Shown here: positions 32,662-42,673 of the stretch, one piece after another
Position numbering within the stretch: position 1 is the stretch's first letter
How the letters are laid out: every line of letters begins with the position of its first letter
NCBI GenBank assembly: GCA_937875245.1
Contig: CALNCH010000036.1
Span: 6,093 to 70,092 of the forward strand
Source of the DNA: an uncultured Spirochaetaceae bacterium
GTDB lineage: Bacteria > Spirochaetota > Spirochaetia > Treponematales > Treponemataceae
Direction: 5' to 3'
Length of the DNA: 64,000 nt
Position numbers and translations under genes: made by a program
Notes under the pieces: model-generated
Seen by the model: only the letters and a program-made list of their open reading frames with translations
The model's database searches: none
What the model was told of the DNA's origin: nothing

Positions 32662-33351
32662 ATGTTTAGTAATATAGAAGAAGATTTAGAAAGAAGCATA
32701 TATCATAGAATAAGGATGAAAGCCGTAGAATATGGATATGCTCTTGATATAAGGAATTACCAACTGGACCCAGAAGGTAGTCTCATTGACGAAGCAGAAC
32801 AAAAGAAATATGATGCAGATTTAAAAGCCCTTCAACAAGAAAAGGGCTTTGCCGTTGAAATATTCGGATATTCTAATAATCAAAACATTGGTAAGAAAAA
32901 ATCAGCTTCTATAGTAATAGATATAGAGTCATTCTTACCGGGGTTAACAGGTTTAGATACTACAGCAAAATATGAAAGTAATGGTAATGGGGGATTTGCT
33001 AAATATCAAGGACCTAGTTTAACATCAGATTTATTCTTTGGGATTAAATTAATTTGTAATCATGTAAAACAATTAAGAGTAATACACCAGATAATGGTTA
33101 ATGCTATACCGAGATTAGGTTACATACCTTGGTACTTTAACAATGGATTACAAACTGACAAAAATATCATGGTGAAGTATGACTCAATGGCAGATGTAAG
33201 TTGGCTTGATGAGGGTATCATAGAGAAGGTTTACAGATATGAAATTTTAGATGCTCATGAAACATTAGATGACATTATAAATGGTAATATTTCTGCAATC
33301 AAAGAAATCAACGTAGAAATTAATGATAATAATGAACTAAACATAAAATAA
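32662..33351 (+). CDS. hypothetical neck/structural protein
   Basis: 229-aa ORF in the late operon. Confidence 0.65.
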   Translation: MFSNIEEDLERSIYHRIRMKAVEYGYALDIRNYQLDPEGSLIDEAEQKKYDADLKALQQEKGFAVEIFGYSNNQNIGKKKSASIVIDIESFLPGLTGLDTTAKYESNGNGGFAKYQGPSLTSDLFFGIKLICNHVKQLRVIHQIMVNAIPRLGYIPWYFNNGLQTDKNIMVKYDSMADVSWLDEGIIEKVYRYEILDAHETLDDIINGNISAIKEINVEINDNNELNIK

Positions 33352-33353
33352 TT

Positions 33354-33695
33354 ATGCTAGAAGAATGGAAAACATACATAGATGAAACCTTTCCTGATGA
33401 TAGTAGATTAAGAGTAGTAATATTCAGAGAGTTCTTCTATCAATTAATCTCTTTCATCATTTCAGTAGCCAATGGAGGAGGATCAAGTCAAGCAGTATTA
33501 TACGTTGCACAATATTTAAACAATCAACAGAAATCTACTGCCAGAAATAATATAGATGCTCTCTCTAGTAAACCAAATGGTTTTAATCCATTACTTACTA
33601 ATGCGGGTATAATAGACATACTATACCTGCCAGAAGGAAACTATGGGCCAGTACCTAATTATGCCCAACAACTAAACAACCAAACAAACTTTTAA
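33354..33695 (+). CDS. hypothetical structural protein
   Basis: 113-aa ORF, 2 nt after the previous stop. Confidence 0.6.
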   Translation: MLEEWKTYIDETFPDDSRLRVVIFREFFYQLISFIISVANGGGSSQAVLYVAQYLNNQQKSTARNNIDALSSKPNGFNPLLTNAGIIDILYLPEGNYGPVPNYAQQLNNQTNF

Positions 33696-33697
33696 GA

Positions 33698-36052
33698 ATG
33701 GCTTGGATAACAGATCTCTATAACCGAATGGACTCCTTTAAGGATGTCATCGGTGTAAAACTAAATTACCTAAATGCTCAATTAGCAACTAAGGTAAATC
33801 TTAATGGGGGTAATGCAACAGGGAATTTAGCATCAGCAATTTCAAGGCAACATGATGCAGTAACATTAGGCTCTAATTCTACTGGATTATTCCTAGCAGC
33901 TCAAGTAATTTCACTAGCAGCTGGATATGCTATCCCAACAGTAGCACAAATAAATAATTGGAATGACCCATACACATCTGGAGAAAATATAACCATACAA
34001 TCCGATAAAAAGGTTGACATGAGATTTGAAAATAATTCATGGATACGAAGTAAGGATGGAAAACCAAGGATTTATTTCGGAACTGGAGGTTCAACAACAG
34101 ATGATACTTATTTCAAGAGAGGTTATCTTGGAGGAGAGTTCTGGTTCTTAGATGCTGATGATAGCCCTTTAATGAAAATAGGGGCTGGTGGTGTAATGAG
34201 GATTTATCAACTTGCTGGTTCGGGTGGGAGATTATTACAAGCTGATACGAGTGGTAGTATATTCGCTACTAATATTGACGTAAATGATATTGCTACAGTA
34301 AATTGGGTAAGTTTATATTATGCACAAAGTGATGGTGGAAATTTAACTAATATTCCTAATTGGCAAAATGTATTAGGGATAAGTGGTGCTTTATCTTTAA
34401 ATTTACAACAAATCACAAACAATGGAAACACAACATCAAAGCCTTTAATCGTAGGAAATGTTACTTATGGTACAGGTTCTATTTTTAAAGATACTGATTT
34501 GAGTTTCTTAACCAATGGTGGTTCTGCATTAAGAATTTTAACTGGAGGTCTGTTAGTATCAAGTGATTATGTTGATGCAAATTTAATTCCTACAAGCGGT
34601 ATTTACTCAAAAGGAGCAATAGCAACTGAAAACCATTATACATCTGCTGAATGGGCAACAGCTTACAACATAGCAACAACTTTACAGAATAATATAGGTA
34701 ATTATGTGAATAAGGCAGGTGACACGATGAGTGGTTTGTTAAAATTACCAAGATTACAAGTTTATAACAGCGGAAACGGTAATGAAAGAAATTATTTTAT
34801 AGAAACTAACGTAAACACATTCGGAGATTTAGGGATAATTTCTAAAAACGCAACAGAAACAGATAGCTTTAGATACGATGTTGTAATTTATGGAAATGGT
34901 AATGTTGGAATTGGGGAAACTAACCCACAAGCAAAATTACACGTTAATGGTAATATAATCACAGATAACGCAACCGCATCAAATCACGCAGTAGCTTTTG
35001 GGCAGTTAGGTAATTATGCTTTAACAAACGGTTCTAATACAATTGGAGGAAATTGGAGTATAGATTCAATACATTCACCATCCTTAGGGTCTTCAATAAG
35101 TAATCCACAGATTTTTTCAACAAACGTTGGAGATATTTACTTTGGAAACCCAAGTGCATCAAGAATAATATTGGAATCTGTCAATACTGAACTTTTTCAT
35201 TATAGAGCAGGTTTAGGAAATGGTATTGTTTTTACAACGCATAATTTCAACCCTGCTGACTACGCATTAAACGACGGTTCAAATTTAACCAATATAGCCA
35301 ACTGGAGAGCTGTTTTAAGTGTACCAACAAATAACAATCAGCTTGCAAATGGTGCGGGCTATACAACATTGCCAATAGTTCAATCGTGGATAGGTAAACA
35401 AGGTTATTTAACCTCTTTTACAGAAACCGATCCTACTGTACCATCACACGTAAAAGGTATAAGTACTTCTGATATAGCTTATTGGAATGCTAAATTTACT
35501 TTTCCTGGAGGTGGTTCACCAAATCAATATATAAATTATCAAGGAGTTTGGACTAACTTACCAGGAGGTGGCTGTGGAGGAATTGTAAATATCAGTACAG
35601 ATTACTCACCAAATCCCGGACCAACATCTTCACAGGTACCAATATATTTCGCTTCTCATGAAGCTTATGGTAAACCAACTGCTAATGTTGTAGATGGCGA
35701 AGAGGGTAATGGTGTTATGGAAGTAACTTCTGGAGATTACATTAAATTCTGGATGTCCCATGATACAATAAAAACAGATATAGTAAACGGAAATAGTCAT
35801 AGCATTGATATTGACGGAGAGAGGAAACATATATACAATGTATTATTTATGAATAATGGTGGAACACTAACTTTTCCTAATGGTATATATACAGGAGATC
35901 AAATTAAAGTGACTACACAAACTGGTGGGCAATTAAATTTAGGAGGTAATAATATTATTTCTCCAGTAGGTTTAGAGTTCTTTACATTTGTAAATTTAAT
36001 ATGGGATGTTAAGTTGGGTTCTTGGGTAACTACTAGTTATGGCCAACAATAA
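33698..36052 (+). CDS. fibre protein (long paralogue)
   Basis: 784 aa, G/N/T/S-rich. Fibre-type motif GNVGIGETNPQAKLHVNGNI. Internal repeat YAQSDGGNLTNIPNWQNVLGI / YALNDGSNLTNIANWRAVLSV. The N-terminus is shared with the next gene. Confidence 0.75.
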   Translation: MAWITDLYNRMDSFKDVIGVKLNYLNAQLATKVNLNGGNATGNLASAISRQHDAVTLGSNSTGLFLAAQVISLAAGYAIPTVAQINNWNDPYTSGENITIQSDKKVDMRFENNSWIRSKDGKPRIYFGTGGSTTDDTYFKRGYLGGEFWFLDADDSPLMKIGAGGVMRIYQLAGSGGRLLQADTSGSIFATNIDVNDIATVNWVSLYYAQSDGGNLTNIPNWQNVLGISGALSLNLQQITNNGNTTSKPLIVGNVTYGTGSIFKDTDLSFLTNGGSALRILTGGLLVSSDYVDANLIPTSGIYSKGAIATENHYTSAEWATAYNIATTLQNNIGNYVNKAGDTMSGLLKLPRLQVYNSGNGNERNYFIETNVNTFGDLGIISKNATETDSFRYDVVIYGNGNVGIGETNPQAKLHVNGNIITDNATASNHAVAFGQLGNYALTNGSNTIGGNWSIDSIHSPSLGSSISNPQIFSTNVGDIYFGNPSASRIILESVNTELFHYRAGLGNGIVFTTHNFNPADYALNDGSNLTNIANWRAVLSVPTNNNQLANGAGYTTLPIVQSWIGKQGYLTSFTETDPTVPSHVKGISTSDIAYWNAKFTFPGGGSPNQYINYQGVWTNLPGGGCGGIVNISTDYSPNPGPTSSQVPIYFASHEAYGKPTANVVDGEEGNGVMEVTSGDYIKFWMSHDTIKTDIVNGNSHSIDIDGERKHIYNVLFMNNGGTLTFPNGIYTGDQIKVTTQTGGQLNLGGNNIISPVGLEFFTFVNLIWDVKLGSWVTTSYGQQ

Positions 36053-36079
36053 TAAATTAATAATTAAAAAATATAAACT

Positions 36080-37084
36080 ATGGCATGGATAGATGATTTA
36101 TATAGTAGGATAGCTGACTTCAGACAAGTAGTTGGTGTAAAGCTTAACTTCTTATATGACACTAAAGAAGATAAGAGTAATAAAAAAACAAACCTACTAT
36201 CCGCAGACCCAGCACATTATCCAAATGTACCTGCAGTAAGAGATGGGATAAATATTGCTATTATAGATGCTATAAATGCATTGAATATAGATTTAGATAC
36301 TAAGTTCATTAAGATCAGTGAAAAGGGTATACCCAATGGTGTAGTACCTTTAAATAATCAAGGTTTAATAGATGTACAATACATTCCAGGATTTATAGAT
36401 GATGTAGTTGATTTAGTAGATATATTAACAACATATCCTACTTCTGGTATGATAGTTGGACAAAAATGGTATAATACAGCAACCAAGAAAATATTCACAG
36501 CTACATCTGCAACTACAGGTACTACCTCTGATCCTATATCAGATGTAATATATGTTAATACTCAAGATAACACAACTTGGAGATGGACAGGTACTACAAT
36601 GGTACAGTTAAATGGTGGATTGGTATTAGGTATAACATCAACAACAGCATTCAGGGGAGATCATGGTAAAATAGCTTATGATCATACATTTATTGTGGGT
36701 AATCCTCATAATACTCAAATGACTGATATTCCTGGATTAACTGCAGAGTTTGCATTGAAAGCTAACATACGTTTAGATAATTTACCTTCAAACCTTTCAC
36801 CAGCAGAACAAAGTAGCATTAGAAGTAAACTAAATGTTGGTACTGGTAATGGTACAATAAATACAGTTGGATTAGCAATGCCTAATTTCTTCAATGTGAG
36901 TAATTCACCTCTAACAGGAACCGGTGGAACTATAACAGTAACGTTAGCAGTAGGATATGTAATGCCTACAGCAGCCATAGCAGCACAATGGGATTTAGCT
37001 TATCAACACTCAGTAGATATGGGCGATGCTACACAACCAGTACCAGATTGGGCAGCACAATTAACAGCAATATTAAACTTCTAA
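36080..37084 (+). CDS. fibre protein (short paralogue)
   Basis: 334 aa. N-terminus MAWIDDLYSRIADFRQVVGVKLNFL versus MAWITDLYNRMDSFKDVIGVKLNYL of the preceding gene. Confidence 0.7.
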   Translation: MAWIDDLYSRIADFRQVVGVKLNFLYDTKEDKSNKKTNLLSADPAHYPNVPAVRDGINIAIIDAINALNIDLDTKFIKISEKGIPNGVVPLNNQGLIDVQYIPGFIDDVVDLVDILTTYPTSGMIVGQKWYNTATKKIFTATSATTGTTSDPISDVIYVNTQDNTTWRWTGTTMVQLNGGLVLGITSTTAFRGDHGKIAYDHTFIVGNPHNTQMTDIPGLTAEFALKANIRLDNLPSNLSPAEQSSIRSKLNVGTGNGTINTVGLAMPNFFNVSNSPLTGTGGTITVTLAVGYVMPTAAIAAQWDLAYQHSVDMGDATQPVPDWAAQLTAILNF

Positions 37085-37088
37085 AACG

Positions 37089-37116
37089 TACACTAACAAT
37101 ACCAAAGTGTATTTTA
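37089..37116 (+). terminator. weak terminator-like hairpin
   Basis: TACACT-N11-AGTGTA followed by TTTTATT. Confidence 0.4.
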
Positions 37117-37147
37117 TTAATTATTTAAAAACTTAAAAATCTCGGAT

Positions 37148-38998
37148 ATGTCAGGAGCAGCAAAAGTAAATTTCAATGTACACAATCTTACCGATACAGT
37201 GGTAAATGCTGTGGATGGTGTAAATTTTGTACAAGGTCGTTCTGTAAGAGGACCATTCGGAGATCCTAAAGAGATCTTCACAAGCTGGCCAGCATTCGTT
37301 AGAACTTATGGGGGATTAGACCCTACACTGGAAACTCCAACACTAATAAAACGTATTTTAGAGAAAGGTGGTTCAGTAAGATTTAACCGAATAGGTCATT
37401 ATACAGATATAGAAGATAAATCAACATTGACTGCAACTAAAGCAACAATTTTAGCTTCTAAATTAATAACAATTACAGGATTAACAGAAGGTGATGTTAT
37501 TAATATATCATCAACAGTATTAGGGGAACCAATAACTAATTTAAATGTTACGATGGTTGCTTCTACGACTACTAACCTAAATAATATTGCTGGTGCAATA
37601 GAAAATTTGGAAGTAGGTACAGCAATAGCAACTTTAACTGATGAACCAACTGGGGCCGGAACAATTGATTTCAAACCAATAGATAATGACACAGATGTAG
37701 TTATTACTAAAACTTCAGGAACTGGTACACCAACATTTACACCAAGTACAGTAACAGCAGAATTACCTTTCGAAATTACAATGAAGAATCCTGGTAAGGA
37801 TGGTAATAATATGGTAGTAGTTATTTCACAAGGTTCAAATGGACAAGCCAATAGTTATAATTTAAATGTATCACATAGAACAGATAGTTCTGTAAGTGAA
37901 AGCTATACCAATATTACAATTCCAAATGCGGCATACCTTGATCCTAGTTTTAACAACAAAACCTATTTAAAGGATATTGTAAATAACTCTATACATATTA
38001 ATGTAGGTTATAAAGATTTATATGGTGAAGTACCTATTGTATATGAAGCACCTTTATTATTAAACTACAGTGGGGGTACTGATGGTACTGTACCTACTGC
38101 AATTGATTTTATTGGTAGCAGTAATTCTAATCTTGGTTTCTATGCCTTCGATAACTACACGGATAGTTATTATTTAGTATCATTCGATATAGATGATGAA
38201 TCCGTTGATGTGGCTGGCGCTAGTTATGCTTTTATTAGACAGGATATATTTTATGCTATTTGGTTAACTAGTGAAACTAAGCAAGCCTTAATAACCGAAA
38301 GGGACAACCTTAATATTGATAATAAGTTTGTTTTCTTTGTTGGTGCGGGATTATTAACTAAGAACCAAGCAACAAACGAAATAGAGGATATAACGCCATT
38401 AGCAGATATCTTGGCTGCAGCAAACAGGAGTGATGCCGAGTTCGGACCATGGTATTCTTTTGCAGGACCTAATAGAGGGATTATCACAGACGTACTTGGG
38501 GTAAATGTTAACTTCGGTACACCAGCTAAGGCTAAGGACTTAGATGAATTAGCTAACAGAGGAATTAACATGGTAGTTAATAAAAACAACTCTGTAAAAC
38601 TATGGGGTAATTTCACTGGCCAAATAGCTTCAGATCAAGAAAGATATATTAGCATAGTGAAATTAATAATCTTTATTAAAAAATCACTACGACCTACATT
38701 AGAAACATTCTTAGAAGAGCCCAATGATATACCAACTTGGAAAAGAATTTATTATGTGGTAAAACCTTTCCTAGACTCATTAGTAACTAGAAGAGCCCTT
38801 TACTCATATCAATGGTTAGGTGACCAGGATGCAAAAGGTATGAACGACTTAGCAATTAATAATCCAACTGATGTTCAGGATGGAAAATACAAAGTTAGGT
38901 TAAACATCAAAGCAATCAACTCAATCCAAGATATTACAATTGATATCACCCTTACACCTACTGGGTTGGATTTTGAATTAGTAACAAACTTAATATAA
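37148..38998 (+). CDS. contractile tail sheath protein
   Basis: 616 aa, immediately upstream of the tube gene. The C-terminal region (GPWYSFAGPNRGII...LDELANRGINMVVNKNNSVKLWGNFT) fits the sheath C-terminal signature (aG..rG......l...giN.i.......vwG.rT). Confidence 0.8.
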   Translation: MSGAAKVNFNVHNLTDTVVNAVDGVNFVQGRSVRGPFGDPKEIFTSWPAFVRTYGGLDPTLETPTLIKRILEKGGSVRFNRIGHYTDIEDKSTLTATKATILASKLITITGLTEGDVINISSTVLGEPITNLNVTMVASTTTNLNNIAGAIENLEVGTAIATLTDEPTGAGTIDFKPIDNDTDVVITKTSGTGTPTFTPSTVTAELPFEITMKNPGKDGNNMVVVISQGSNGQANSYNLNVSHRTDSSVSESYTNITIPNAAYLDPSFNNKTYLKDIVNNSIHINVGYKDLYGEVPIVYEAPLLLNYSGGTDGTVPTAIDFIGSSNSNLGFYAFDNYTDSYYLVSFDIDDESVDVAGASYAFIRQDIFYAIWLTSETKQALITERDNLNIDNKFVFFVGAGLLTKNQATNEIEDITPLADILAAANRSDAEFGPWYSFAGPNRGIITDVLGVNVNFGTPAKAKDLDELANRGINMVVNKNNSVKLWGNFTGQIASDQERYISIVKLIIFIKKSLRPTLETFLEEPNDIPTWKRIYYVVKPFLDSLVTRRALYSYQWLGDQDAKGMNDLAINNPTDVQDGKYKVRLNIKAINSIQDITIDITLTPTGLDFELVTNLI

Positions 38999-39006
38999 AG
39001 AAAGAT

Positions 39007-39468
39007 ATGGCTAACGTAAGTAATCCAAGGAAACAGTTTAATTTTAGTATTCAGATTGCTGAAGCTCCAATCCAACCTTTCCTATGTCAAGAAGTTGACT
39101 TACCAGAGATCAACATAGAATCAACATCACATGGTGATACTAATCATGATATTAAAACTGGTGGTAGAGTAATAGTTGGTAATACAACTATCCAAAAGAT
39201 AATGACAACATCAGGGGCAGATAACTACTTCTATGATTGGGCTTTATTAGTAGCAGATACAGTACTGGGTGGAGGATTAACTCCTGACCAATATAAAAGG
39301 ACAGTTATAATCTCGGAATTAGCTGAAGATGGTATCTCAGTAATTAATACATGGGTTTTAGCGGGATGCTGGCCTACAAGAATTAACGGACAAAAATTAA
39401 ACAGATTATCTTCAGATAACTCTATAGAAAGTGTAGAACTATCAGTTGATAAACCTGAGAAACTTTAA
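39007..39468 (+). CDS. tail tube protein
   Basis: 153 aa. MANVSNPRKQFNFSIQI... resembles the N-terminus of T4 gp19/CIS tube proteins. Sheath-tube order, followed by a terminator. Confidence 0.72.
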   Translation: MANVSNPRKQFNFSIQIAEAPIQPFLCQEVDLPEINIESTSHGDTNHDIKTGGRVIVGNTTIQKIMTTSGADNYFYDWALLVADTVLGGGLTPDQYKRTVIISELAEDGISVINTWVLAGCWPTRINGQKLNRLSSDNSIESVELSVDKPEKL

Positions 39469-39486
39469 TAATTAATGTTACGTAGA

Positions 39487-39519
39487 AAAGGGAGGCTGAA
39501 TTAACAAGCCTCCTTTTTT
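39487..39519 (+). terminator. rho-independent terminator after tube gene
   Basis: AAAAGGGAGGCT-N9-AGCCTCCTTTT followed by TTG. Confidence 0.75.
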
Positions 39520-39549
39520 GTTTATAGTAACATTAAAACAAAAATTATT

Positions 39550-40359
39550 ATGCAAGTAGCAACAGAAAAAGTAGAGGCAAAAGAATTAGTTTACGGTAAC
39601 ACTGAAACCTTTTTATTACCTTCTGGATTTGAGGTAACTATTAGAGAACAAAATGGTAATGATGATGATATCCTTACTAATAAAGCAACAGCTCAGGATA
39701 TGAGTAACTTTGATATTTTCATTGCTGGTATAGTTGTTAAAACAGACTTACCTTTCAACGTTAATGGAAGACTTACAGTAGACGGAGCTAAAAGGTTATT
39801 ATTAAGAGATAAATACTTCATCTTATTTAAAAGCCGTATCCACTCTATAGGAAAAGAAATTAGCTTCGATTACAGTTGGTCTAAAAAAGAAAAAGCAGAT
39901 AACTATACAGAAGATTTAACAAATTACATCTGGGATTACAACGAAACATTTCCGGTTGAAGGTGATGATAACTATTTCTCTGAAAGAATTAAACCTTATC
40001 AAAAAGAATGTTATAATCCAGTAGTAATTACTACTCCTAGTGGAAAAGAAATCCGATTAAATCTACTTAATGGTATTGGGGAAAAATTCTTACTACAACT
40101 ACCAGAAAGTGAGCAAACAAAAAATAAAGAATTAGAAGCTAGGAATATTGAGTTGAAGAACGACAAAGGTGTTTGGGAAAAGATAAAGAACTTTACTATG
40201 TTCAATCTAAAAGATATGGGATATATCAGAAAGGTTGTTGCAGAAATTGATCCGAGTCTTACATTAACCACTAAGGTGGAAAATCCAAAAGACCAAAGCC
40301 AATCAGATAACTTCCCTATCCTTGCTTTGAAGAGTTTTTTCTTTCCGGAGGAGATTTAG
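39550..40359 (+). CDS. tail assembly chaperone (zero-frame product, gpG/P2 gpE analogue)
   Basis: 269 aa, directly upstream of the tape measure gene. Carries a slippery heptamer near its 3' end. Confidence 0.7.
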   Translation: MQVATEKVEAKELVYGNTETFLLPSGFEVTIREQNGNDDDILTNKATAQDMSNFDIFIAGIVVKTDLPFNVNGRLTVDGAKRLLLRDKYFILFKSRIHSIGKEISFDYSWSKKEKADNYTEDLTNYIWDYNETFPVEGDDNYFSERIKPYQKECYNPVVITTPSGKEIRLNLLNGIGEKFLLQLPESEQTKNKELEARNIELKNDKGVWEKIKNFTMFNLKDMGYIRKVVAEIDPSLTLTTKVENPKDQSQSDNFPILALKSFFFPEEI

Positions 40360-40499
40360 AGGTAGAGTACTTTTATTTCTCACAGTCTAAGCTACACATA
40401 ACTTGGTCTGAATTTTTAGAATTTCCGGTTTCAAGAAGACGAAAGTTTTTAAATTTAATACAAACCTATAACCCGGAAACGGGTCAATTTGATAAATAG
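39550..40499 (+). CDS. tail assembly chaperone, -1 frameshifted long form (gpGT/P2 gpE+E' analogue)
   Basis: 264 aa of frame 0 plus 52 aa of the -1 frame (LSGGDLEVEYFYFSQSKLHITWSEFLEFPVSRRRKFLNLIQTYNPETGQFDK). This explains the otherwise empty 140-nt gap. Confidence 0.6.
40335..40341 (+). other. -1 programmed ribosomal frameshift slippery heptamer T_TTT_TTC
   Basis: Zero frame reads AGT TTT TTC, so X_XXY_YYZ is in the correct phase. I read the -1 frame codon by codon. It is open from here to TAG 40497-40499, one base before the tape measure ATG. Confidence 0.7.
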
Positions 40500-42671
40500 A
40501 TGGTAGGATTAACAGGAAATAACTTAGCGATAGGTATAGCTCTTATCTTAAGGGATCAGTTTTCTGCTGGTGCTCGCCAGGCTACACAATCATTAACCCA
40601 ATTACAAAGCAAGGCCGATAAAGCGGCTATGGAATCAGCCAGAAACATGAACGCCGTTGGAGCAGGAATGGGTCTGGCTGTTCTGTCTGGTATGAGAGAA
40701 TGGCTTAGAGCTGGATTAGAGTTCGATAAGCAGATGACTTATATGTATAATGTCACTGATGATAAGAACAAGATAGCATCTAAGAAAATGAGGGACCGAG
40801 CTAAAGATGTCGGTGTCCAAACATTATTCTCTGCTCAAGAAGTATCAGAGGCTATGGTAGTAATGGCTCAAGCTGGTCAGAACACCCAGCAGATATATGA
40901 GAATATATATGCAACAGCAGTACTAGGTGCTGCTACAATGTCAGGAATTAGAGAATCAGCTTCTGTGATGAATGATATTATGATTGGTTTTGATGTACCA
41001 GCCACACAAGCAAATGCTATGAGAGTAGCAGACATTATTACCAAAACAATCAATGACTCGAATATAGCATTGGACTCTTATGCAGAGACAATGAAATATA
41101 CAATCCCTACTGCTAAAACATTAGGAGTAACCTTAGAAGAATTATCAGCAATTACATCAGTACTTGGTAATGCCGGATTAAAGGGATCTATGGCTGGTAC
41201 AGGTACAGAGAATATGATTAGGCTTTTAGCAATAGCTGCAGGTAAAGAAGAAGGTACCAAACAAATGGACGCTCTTCAAATGATGGGCTTAGGAAGAGAA
41301 GATATCGTAACTGCAGAAGGTAATCTTAGATCACTATCAGAAGTATTCCCTAAGATAGGTCAAGGATTACAGGGAATTGGTAATGCCGATAGGATTAAGG
41401 TAATGGCAGATCTTTTCAATATTCGGGGAGCTAGGCCAGGACAAATCTTAACATTCGCTACGGGATTAGAGAAATATGCAACAGCATTAGAAAGAATAAA
41501 TAATGCCGATGGTACCGCCGATCAAGTATCACGGGCTATGATGGAATCTGCATGGGGTCAAGTTGAACAATTAACTGAGTCTATAGGTAATTTAAAGATT
41601 GCCTTTGCTGAAGCACTAGGACCAGCCATACAAGTAATAGCCCCAATATTAACTACTATATTCACATTGCTTCAAAAAGTAATGGGTAGTAATTTAGGTA
41701 AATTGATGGTAACAATAGGAACTGGATTTGTACTATGGAAGACAGCTTCTATGGGATACAGAACTATCCTACTTTCAATTAATCTATTAAGTGGACAATT
41801 AGGAACAGCATTCGGAAGAACTGCAACAACCACAGTAGCTGGGTACAATAGTATGACAAGTGCTGCTTTGAGATATAGAGCAGCGGCTGGTGGTGCAGCA
41901 GGGGCAGCTGGAATGGGCGGAGCCGGAGGGATGATGGGAGGACCCGGTGGAGGCTGGGCTGGTGGAACCATTAACACACCAATGGGAAAAGTTTATCAGA
42001 ATGCTAAAGGTAGATGGGTTCAAGTAATGCCTTCAGGTGGACATAAATTCTTAAGCAATTCATCATCTGCCGTTAAAATGGCGAAAGCCAGTAATGTTGT
42101 AGGAAAGGCTTCACCTTATGCAATGATTGGGGGATTAGCAATGGGTGCAGCCCAATCCTACACAGAAGAAGGTTCTGGATTAAATAGGAGTTTAGGTGTA
42201 GGTTCAACAGTACTTGGAGGCGCATCAATGGGTGCTGCATTAGGTACAGTAATTCCTGGAGTTGGTAATGTTGTTGGTGCTATTGTTGGGGGAGTAGGAG
42301 GATTATTATGGGGATTATATGATGATGCTAAAGCTGAGGAAGAAAGAGTAAAAGCTGCTAAAGAAGCTTATGAAATGGACAAGGCTGGAAGATCGGGTAG
42401 TTTCGATCCTGAAACATGGAAACAAAATGCTCAAACATACATCAAAATGAAAGAAGGTGAAGGTATGCATGTATATGGGACTGGAAAAGAAATGCATAAA
42501 ACTTCTCCAGAACATATTATGCAATTACTTCAATCACAAGGTACGTACACTAATGGGCAACAACCACCAATACCTAAAACACAAATAGTAATCAACATCG
42601 ACGGTAAACAGATGATGATGGAAGAGATACAAAAAGAAAGGTACAGAACATTTATTGATTTAGGAGGATAA
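40500..42671 (+). CDS. tail tape measure protein
   Basis: 723 aa, Ala/Gly/Met-rich helical protein with hydrophobic segments and a Gly tract (AAGGAAGAAGMGGAGGMMGGPGGGWAGG). Located after the chaperone pair. Confidence 0.85.
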   Translation: MVGLTGNNLAIGIALILRDQFSAGARQATQSLTQLQSKADKAAMESARNMNAVGAGMGLAVLSGMREWLRAGLEFDKQMTYMYNVTDDKNKIASKKMRDRAKDVGVQTLFSAQEVSEAMVVMAQAGQNTQQIYENIYATAVLGAATMSGIRESASVMNDIMIGFDVPATQANAMRVADIITKTINDSNIALDSYAETMKYTIPTAKTLGVTLEELSAITSVLGNAGLKGSMAGTGTENMIRLLAIAAGKEEGTKQMDALQMMGLGREDIVTAEGNLRSLSEVFPKIGQGLQGIGNADRIKVMADLFNIRGARPGQILTFATGLEKYATALERINNADGTADQVSRAMMESAWGQVEQLTESIGNLKIAFAEALGPAIQVIAPILTTIFTLLQKVMGSNLGKLMVTIGTGFVLWKTASMGYRTILLSINLLSGQLGTAFGRTATTTVAGYNSMTSAALRYRAAAGGAAGAAGMGGAGGMMGGPGGGWAGGTINTPMGKVYQNAKGRWVQVMPSGGHKFLSNSSSAVKMAKASNVVGKASPYAMIGGLAMGAAQSYTEEGSGLNRSLGVGSTVLGGASMGAALGTVIPGVGNVVGAIVGGVGGLLWGLYDDAKAEEERVKAAKEAYEMDKAGRSGSFDPETWKQNAQTYIKMKEGEGMHVYGTGKEMHKTSPEHIMQLLQSQGTYTNGQQPPIPKTQIVINIDGKQMMMEEIQKERYRTFIDLGG

Positions 42672-42673
42672 TC

